A stretch of DNA of 43,014 bases from Methanosarcinales archaeon. Its GTDB lineage: Archaea; Halobacteriota; Methanosarcinia; Methanosarcinales; EX4572-44. The position numbers and the translations under genes were made by a program. The stretch lies in assembly GCA_004212095.1 (NCBI GenBank), contig RXIJ01000033.1:1-43014 (forward strand), in the 5' to 3' direction. The notes beneath the pieces were generated by a model. It saw only the letters and a list, made by a program, of their open reading frames with translations. It was not told the origin of the DNA and did no database searches. Positions 38,070 to 43,014 of this stretch are shown one piece after another (position 1 is the stretch's first letter; each line of letters starts with the position of its first letter).

Positions 38070-38140
38070 TTACCAATCAATTCAACAATCGAACTATCTA
38101 TATGCGTATTAATTCATACTTAACATTATCTCTATATTAC

Positions 38141-38273
38141 GGGTCTGTCAACTTGTTAGGGGTTATGCCAAAACTTTGATTTTTACAGACATTCATACCC
38201 GAAGCCGTAGAAGCGAGACTCGAATTAACAACGGTGTCAAAACAACGCCAGCATCCAATAACTTTACAGCCCC
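38141..38273. mobile_element. 133-bp mini-element with imperfect inverted ends related to 36697-36936
   Basis: GGGTCTGTCA (38141-38150) and TTACAGCCCC (38264-38273), 8/10 complementary. Confidence 0.35.
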
Positions 38274-38659
38274 TATAATAGTAGTAATGTTTTGAACCAA
38301 AACGGTGGTTTAATCCATTTGCACTTAACAATCATTGCCAACTACTACATAGATTTTATAAAACTTATATTTATCCCCGATAATCATATTTTAAAAACAC
38401 ACCTTCAAAAACGTGCCCAGTTTGTTTAAATGTGATAAAATAGCATTGAATACTATTAAAATCCTCATGCACCCTCATCCGATGCTCCATTTTTCTAAAA
38501 CGGAGTCGGTGACTTTAGACATAAAATCAGTTGGAGACTTTAGGGTCAACTTCACTACTTTAAGGTTAAACTTGACTTTATGCACAAAGCTCTCGATTAC
38601 ACAAAGTTTAAATCTGTTGATAAATGACTCCAACAAAGAGGAGAGGTAACTTTGATACA

Positions 38660-39562
38660 ATGGATATAACAACTGCAATCATTGTATTTTTGATCACCGG
38701 AATTGGTGTTGGGTTTACAAGTGGTATGCTTGGGGTTGGTGGATGCTTTATTATGACTCCTGCCCAGTACTGGATTTATACGACAATGGGCATTTCCAGT
38801 GATCTTGCAATAAAGGTTGCGTTTGGAACGAGTTTATTTGTGGTGCTTCCAACTGCATTGAGCGGTGCCATAGGGCATACAAAAAGGGGTGTTGTGTGCT
38901 GGAAAGCCGGGTTTGTTCTTGGTATAACAGGAGCTGTCGGAGCAGTTATTGGATCAACTATTGCAGCACACCTTCCGGGAGAGGTGCTGGTTGTAGCTTT
39001 TGGTTGTGTAGTTACTGCTACAGTGGTCAGAATGCTGACAGCAAAACCGCCAGAAGTCAAAGATGCGCCAAAAGACCGCCCACTGACCCTGGCAGTATGG
39101 GGTTTTCCTCTTGGCATTCTTTCCGGCATTGTTGGGATAGGTGGCGGTGTGATAGTGATCCCTGTGATGATTCTTGCATTAAATTTCAAGATGCACCATG
39201 CTGTTGGAACATCAACTGCTTTTATGATATTTGCAAGCCTTGGCGGGCTTCTTGGCTACATCTACAATGGTCTGGCTGCTGGTGTCGGGGGTGCATACCA
39301 GATTGGACACCTTGTTGGATACGTAAATCTTGAATCGTGGCTTGCTCTCACTGTGACATCTGTTCCAATGGCCCGGGTTGGTGTCATGACTGCACACAGG
39401 CTGCCGGAAACGCAGCTCAGGTATATCTTCATCGTTGCCATGCTTTATGTGGGTCTTAAAATGATGGGAGTATTCTCATCTTGGACTTCCTATCTAACTC
39501 GATATTGTTGTGTTTCTCCATCCTTAAGATACAACCATACTGAAATTTGGTTACATCTTTGA
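38660..39562 (+). CDS. TSUP (TauE/SafE) family sulfite/sulfur-compound exporter
   Basis: SGMLGVGG..IMTP, AFGTSL, GIVGIGGGVIVIP, AVGTS. The tail after GVFS looks like read-through. Confidence 0.88.
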   Translation: MDITTAIIVFLITGIGVGFTSGMLGVGGCFIMTPAQYWIYTTMGISSDLAIKVAFGTSLFVVLPTALSGAIGHTKRGVVCWKAGFVLGITGAVGAVIGSTIAAHLPGEVLVVAFGCVVTATVVRMLTAKPPEVKDAPKDRPLTLAVWGFPLGILSGIVGIGGGVIVIPVMILALNFKMHHAVGTSTAFMIFASLGGLLGYIYNGLAAGVGGAYQIGHLVGYVNLESWLALTVTSVPMARVGVMTAHRLPETQLRYIFIVAMLYVGLKMMGVFSSWTSYLTRYCCVSPSLRYNHTEIWLHL

Positions 39563-39905
39563 TGGGGAGTCTCGCTTGACCGGAAGTCGTTTCATGATGT
39601 CTTCGTCCAGAATCTCCGTGATGACACTGTGCTGTACTACATTGCCGAGAGCGATTGGTATGTTGTAGGCTTTGCAAATCTTCATATCCTGCCTCAGCTC
39701 CACCATGCTGGGCTGGTAGGAGAAATCCTGGAGTTGCTTGTGCATGAATCTCTTCGCGGCAGAGGTATCGGCGCTCAACTCGTATCGAGAATTGAACAGG
39801 AGGCAAAGAAGCGAAGGTGTGTCTCTATTGAATTGACGACGAAAAAAAATCTCGTGTCAAGGCACAGCGATTTTACGAGCACATGGGCTTTGCCCGAACA
39901 CAACC
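39560..39905 (+). pseudogene. GNAT acetyltransferase, frameshifted
   Basis: Motif A ELLVHESLRGRGIG. The continuation SRVKAQRFYEHMGF is in another frame after the A8 run at 39842-39849, and the 5' part is also disrupted. Confidence 0.75.
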
Positions 39906-39991
39906 ACTTATAAACACACTACTTGTAACCAATACTATCATAAGTCAAAAAGCTAAACATTTTTTTCTTTCCATTTTTATAACCTCATAAA

Positions 39992-40033
39992 GTCAACGAC
40001 CCTGGATTCCGCTTCGCTCAAATTCAGGGCATC
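39992..40033 (+). other. IS200/IS605-like end hairpin
   Basis: GTCAACGA-CCCTGGATT...AATTCAGGG-CATC, the same GTCA plus CCC-stem layout as 9476, 42562 and 12195(-). Confidence 0.5.
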
Positions 40034-40087
40034 TTATGGGTGCATGAGGTTTTTTATTCAGTATCTGTTGACGTAAATTTCTGCATC

Positions 40088-41008
40088 TCAGAAAAAACCA
40101 ATTGTTAATACATCATCTTCTATAAGAGTTTCTTGATTTAATAACTTTTGAATATGGGTAATTAACCTTTGTATCATATCAAATTGAATTGGATTGTTTT
40201 CAAGAAATTCAGTATATTCGGTTAGGTTATCCATCCTTCCTTTATAAGTACTATATTTACTTCTTACATTTGAACTAAGTCTTTTAGCTTTACGTAGGAT
40301 AATAACTTCATCAATATCAGTTGGTGCTGTACTTACAGGCGTCATGTCAAGCCATTCACATAACAGGAAATATTTAGCACCTGGCACTGAAGTTTTAACA
40401 TCATGAGCCGTGGCAGAAGCTTCTTGAAACATTGTTTTGTCTAAATTAGTCTTACATTCAGCTGCGATATATGCTAGATAAGAAGTTTGAATATTGTTAT
40501 CTGAAAAATCTTCATAAAAAGAAGTCTTAAAATATACTTTTTTCGTAATTGCAAAATCCTGGTCTTTTGTCCTTAAGTTGAGTAATGGGCCCCCTTCAAG
40601 ATTATCTAATGTTGAATTGAAATATATAGATGAGAATGTGTTTGTAGATCCAACCTCTATATTTAAATCTTGAATCTCAGGAATAATTGCTAGGTGTATC
40701 AGTTCTGGTAGGAACTCTTCAATTATACTATTATCAAGTTTTAGTTGACCTTTTTGCCTATAAAGAAAATCATTCTCACTTTTAAAAATTAATTCCACTT
40801 CAATATATTTTTTGTATTGATTAAACAATTCAACGAGATTTTTTAATACAACTGATGGTTCATTACCACTTTCTTTTACTTCATGAATATCACTTTTCCA
40901 CTTTTTATATTTTTCAAGTGCACTTTCAATTCTTCTTTTATCTTCAGAAGGCAATTTATTATTCTTGAGAGTTGCCTTTAATTTTTCATAATGAGGTGTC
41001 TTACTCAT
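40088..41008 (-). CDS. Type II restriction endonuclease, Bpu10I family
   Basis: FLYRQKGQLKLDNSIIEEFL, KDQDFAI, AAECKTNLDKTMFQEA, LLCEWLDM. Confidence 0.88.
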   Translation of the reverse strand: MSKTPHYEKLKATLKNNKLPSEDKRRIESALEKYKKWKSDIHEVKESGNEPSVVLKNLVELFNQYKKYIEVELIFKSENDFLYRQKGQLKLDNSIIEEFLPELIHLAIIPEIQDLNIEVGSTNTFSSIYFNSTLDNLEGGPLLNLRTKDQDFAITKKVYFKTSFYEDFSDNNIQTSYLAYIAAECKTNLDKTMFQEASATAHDVKTSVPGAKYFLLCEWLDMTPVSTAPTDIDEVIILRKAKRLSSNVRSKYSTYKGRMDNLTEYTEFLENNPIQFDMIQRLITHIQKLLNQETLIEDDVLTIGFF

Positions 41009-41010
41009 TT

Positions 41011-42270
41011 TTATTCCTTCGTAAAAATTGGGGATTCATGAACTTTCGTAATTGAAGAAATCGCTTCATTAATATCTTGTTTTGATTCTTCTGGTGCTCT
41101 ACCTAAAGAATTCAACAAAACTTCTAGAGCAAGGTCTTCAAGTATTCTTCTATTGTTACCAACATCTTCTTTTTTATTAGTAAAATGAAGAAGGTCTTCA
41201 TATATACTTTTACCAAATCTATTAGTAAAAACTCTTTCTTGACGACAAATGATATCCAAACCCGATATTTTTGCTACAGAGGCAATGATCTTACTATTAT
41301 AATAATTGGTTTTTCTAACATTTGATTCACGACCAACGATAAATATTATTCTTGCATTCTTTTTACATAGCTGCTTTAAATGTAAAAACGTTGAATACAT
41401 ATCATATATATATTGAATTACAGTAAGGAATCTATTACTTCTATGTTTACGGTTAGATCCAATTTCTGATCTTGCCGCGACTAGAACCTTTTCACCTAAT
41501 AGCTCCGCAGAGGCTCTATACTGTTGATGATAATTAAATACATTAATGTAAGGAGGTGAAGTAATTACTAAATCAATTAAGTCTTTTTCAATAACGACAG
41601 ATCGAGCATCATCGTTAAAGATATTAATGTTTTTTTTTGTGTAAGGTAGATTTCTGATTAAATTTTTTAAATTATCCCAATATTTTCTTATTAGTTCATT
41701 ATTGGTTCCATTTTTATATGAGTCTATTAGGATGACTAATCCTCTTATAAGTATTAGATGTTCAAATTTGATTTCCGATTTAGATTTTTCAATTAAATAC
41801 CCTATCAAATCTTCTTCATTTAACTGATTTGGTTGTAAAAAAGCATCATCATAATCTGTGCTAGTTAAAACTGATTTCTCAAAATATTCTATTATTTGCT
41901 TTCTCTCTGAATAACTATATTTACAAAAATTATAAATGTTTGATAAATGATATGCAGCAGGATTTATTTCAGTTCCATATGCTTCAATATTTTTTCTCGC
42001 GGCTTCTATAATAAGAGTCCCACTGCCTAAGAAAGGATCGAATACGATAGAATTTTCATAAGCATAGTTTTCCAACAAAAGTTCTATTAATTGTGGTGAA
42101 AATTGTCCATTCCAAGATAGAAGATTACTTCTTACTTTATTTTCAATATTCAGCATCCTTTTATCTATTGAATAATCATATGGAATTTCATGCAAAGATA
42201 TAAAATTCCTATTCATAGAGATATTTTTTGATTCATCTAAATTTGAAATTATACTTTGAGTTTTAGCCAT
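41011..42270 (-). CDS. DNA amino-methyltransferase (SPPY motif, probably N4-cytosine)
   Basis: Motif I DPFLGSGT near the N-terminus and motif IV ITSPPYIN; 2 bp upstream of the REase. Confidence 0.88.
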   Translation of the reverse strand: MAKTQSIISNLDESKNISMNRNFISLHEIPYDYSIDKRMLNIENKVRSNLLSWNGQFSPQLIELLLENYAYENSIVFDPFLGSGTLIIEAARKNIEAYGTEINPAAYHLSNIYNFCKYSYSERKQIIEYFEKSVLTSTDYDDAFLQPNQLNEEDLIGYLIEKSKSEIKFEHLILIRGLVILIDSYKNGTNNELIRKYWDNLKNLIRNLPYTKKNINIFNDDARSVVIEKDLIDLVITSPPYINVFNYHQQYRASAELLGEKVLVAARSEIGSNRKHRSNRFLTVIQYIYDMYSTFLHLKQLCKKNARIIFIVGRESNVRKTNYYNSKIIASVAKISGLDIICRQERVFTNRFGKSIYEDLLHFTNKKEDVGNNRRILEDLALEVLLNSLGRAPEESKQDINEAISSITKVHESPIFTKE

Positions 42271-42561
42271 ATATTACATTACCTTTTTTGATTACGTCAA
42301 ACAATTATAAACATATTTGGTGTATTTAGAGTCGCGATGCCTCGGCAACTCATACGAATAACAATTTGAGCCTAACATACACATAACTTCTTCGTTTTTT
42401 GTGAAGTTTTGCATAATCAAAATTTTGGTGATTGTAGCTGGTCATAAACATCTTGTTATCTGCTGTTGCTATGATGTAATTCCTCCGTGCCCATTTTTAA
42501 CGACACGATTGTTATGTTGATTATAGATATCACAAAGGATGCACAAAATAGTCGCCTTGCA

Positions 42562-42800
42562 GTCACTATACCCCGTACTTATAGGTACAGATCTTGTTAG
42601 TGATTTTTTTATAAACATTTTGATTTCTCCCTGTAATTCCCACGTCCCAATATATTTCTCAACAACTTCAAGATCCATGACCAACAGATCCATGATAGCG
42701 CCTCGGAGCCTATAAATGATCAGTGCACCAGTCTCTTAACTGAGGAAAGTGCTGCCTTAAGTATCCTGCTCGTTCTTCCCTTGATTTTTTGTATGTGTTT
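42562..42800 (-). mobile_element. Second IS200/IS605 tnpA 3' remnant with end hairpin
   Basis: GTCACTATACCCCGTACTTATAGGTACAG is near-identical to 9476. The minus strand gives broken KKIKGRTSRIL/QHFPQLRDWCTDHL/YHGSVG/EVVEKYIG. Confidence 0.8.
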
Positions 42801-42885
42801 CGAGCTCGAAACAAATACGATTTTTTTTACATCAGCCTGAACCACATACCTACCAACAAACATCCAAACACACCACAAAAGACTT

Positions 42886-43014
42886 TCAAGCCTTGCCGGC
42901 AGCCGAAAATGCACTTTCAACAAACATTGGATGCACAAGTTCGATGATCGTTTCAAGATTCACTATATCTTCTTGGTTATATTTTAGAAGCAGTGAAAGC
43001 GCCTCATCACTGCC
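42886..43014 (-). CDS. C-terminus of a probable YprB-like RNase H-fold exonuclease, truncated by the window edge
   Basis: The frame from 43014 reads GSDEALSLLLKYNQEDIVNLETIIE...AGKA*; YNxED is typical of this family. Not in the ORF track. Confidence 0.6.
   Translation of the reverse strand, partial: GSDEALSLLLKYNQEDIVNLETIIELVHPMFVESAFSAAGKA

Noticed and set aside
38413-38678. Short ORFs on both strands and recurring GACTTTA motifs
   Set aside because: The ORFs lack recognisable features and the motif spacing is irregular, so no array is called. Only the 14-bp match to 36975 is reported.
42720-42956. 78-aa ORF as a transposase gene
   Set aside because: Chimeric frame crossing the end of the YprB-like gene and the broken tnpA relic.

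Overview
A 43-kb archaeal chromosome segment. The histone, TFB, Gar1, Trm11, Methanosarcinales-type DapL and MCR component A2-like genes point to a Methanosarcinales or ANME-like lineage; this is an inference. Housekeeping blocks are dCMP deaminase-methylthiotransferase, hemC-cobA, gar1-tfb, dapL, ferredoxin-aor-truA-trm11, fbp, atwA-like-mtnA and uvrC-uvrB. They are interleaved with ABC transporter/regulator modules, many decayed IS elements and three accessory cassettes: DUF4365 nuclease plus partner, PLD-like protein plus membrane protein, and a Bpu10I-family R-M system. The two strongest unannotated signals are non-coding. (1) A roughly 350-bp protein-less IS200/IS605 OMEGA-type element, made of a HEARO/omega-RNA-like scaffold and a transposon-end hairpin with no IscB ORF, sits between the histone gene's putative TATA box and its start codon. 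(2) A dispersed REP/BIME-like family of GAA-loop hairpin repeats occurs at five gene 3' ends, including a perfect 46-bp tandem expansion. Also seen: an internally deleted HARP (RNA-free RNase P) gene, a 50-bp uvrA relic before uvrC-uvrB, and several MITE-like elements. No tRNA, rRNA or CRISPR array was recognised. All family calls come from reading motifs by eye; no database search was run.
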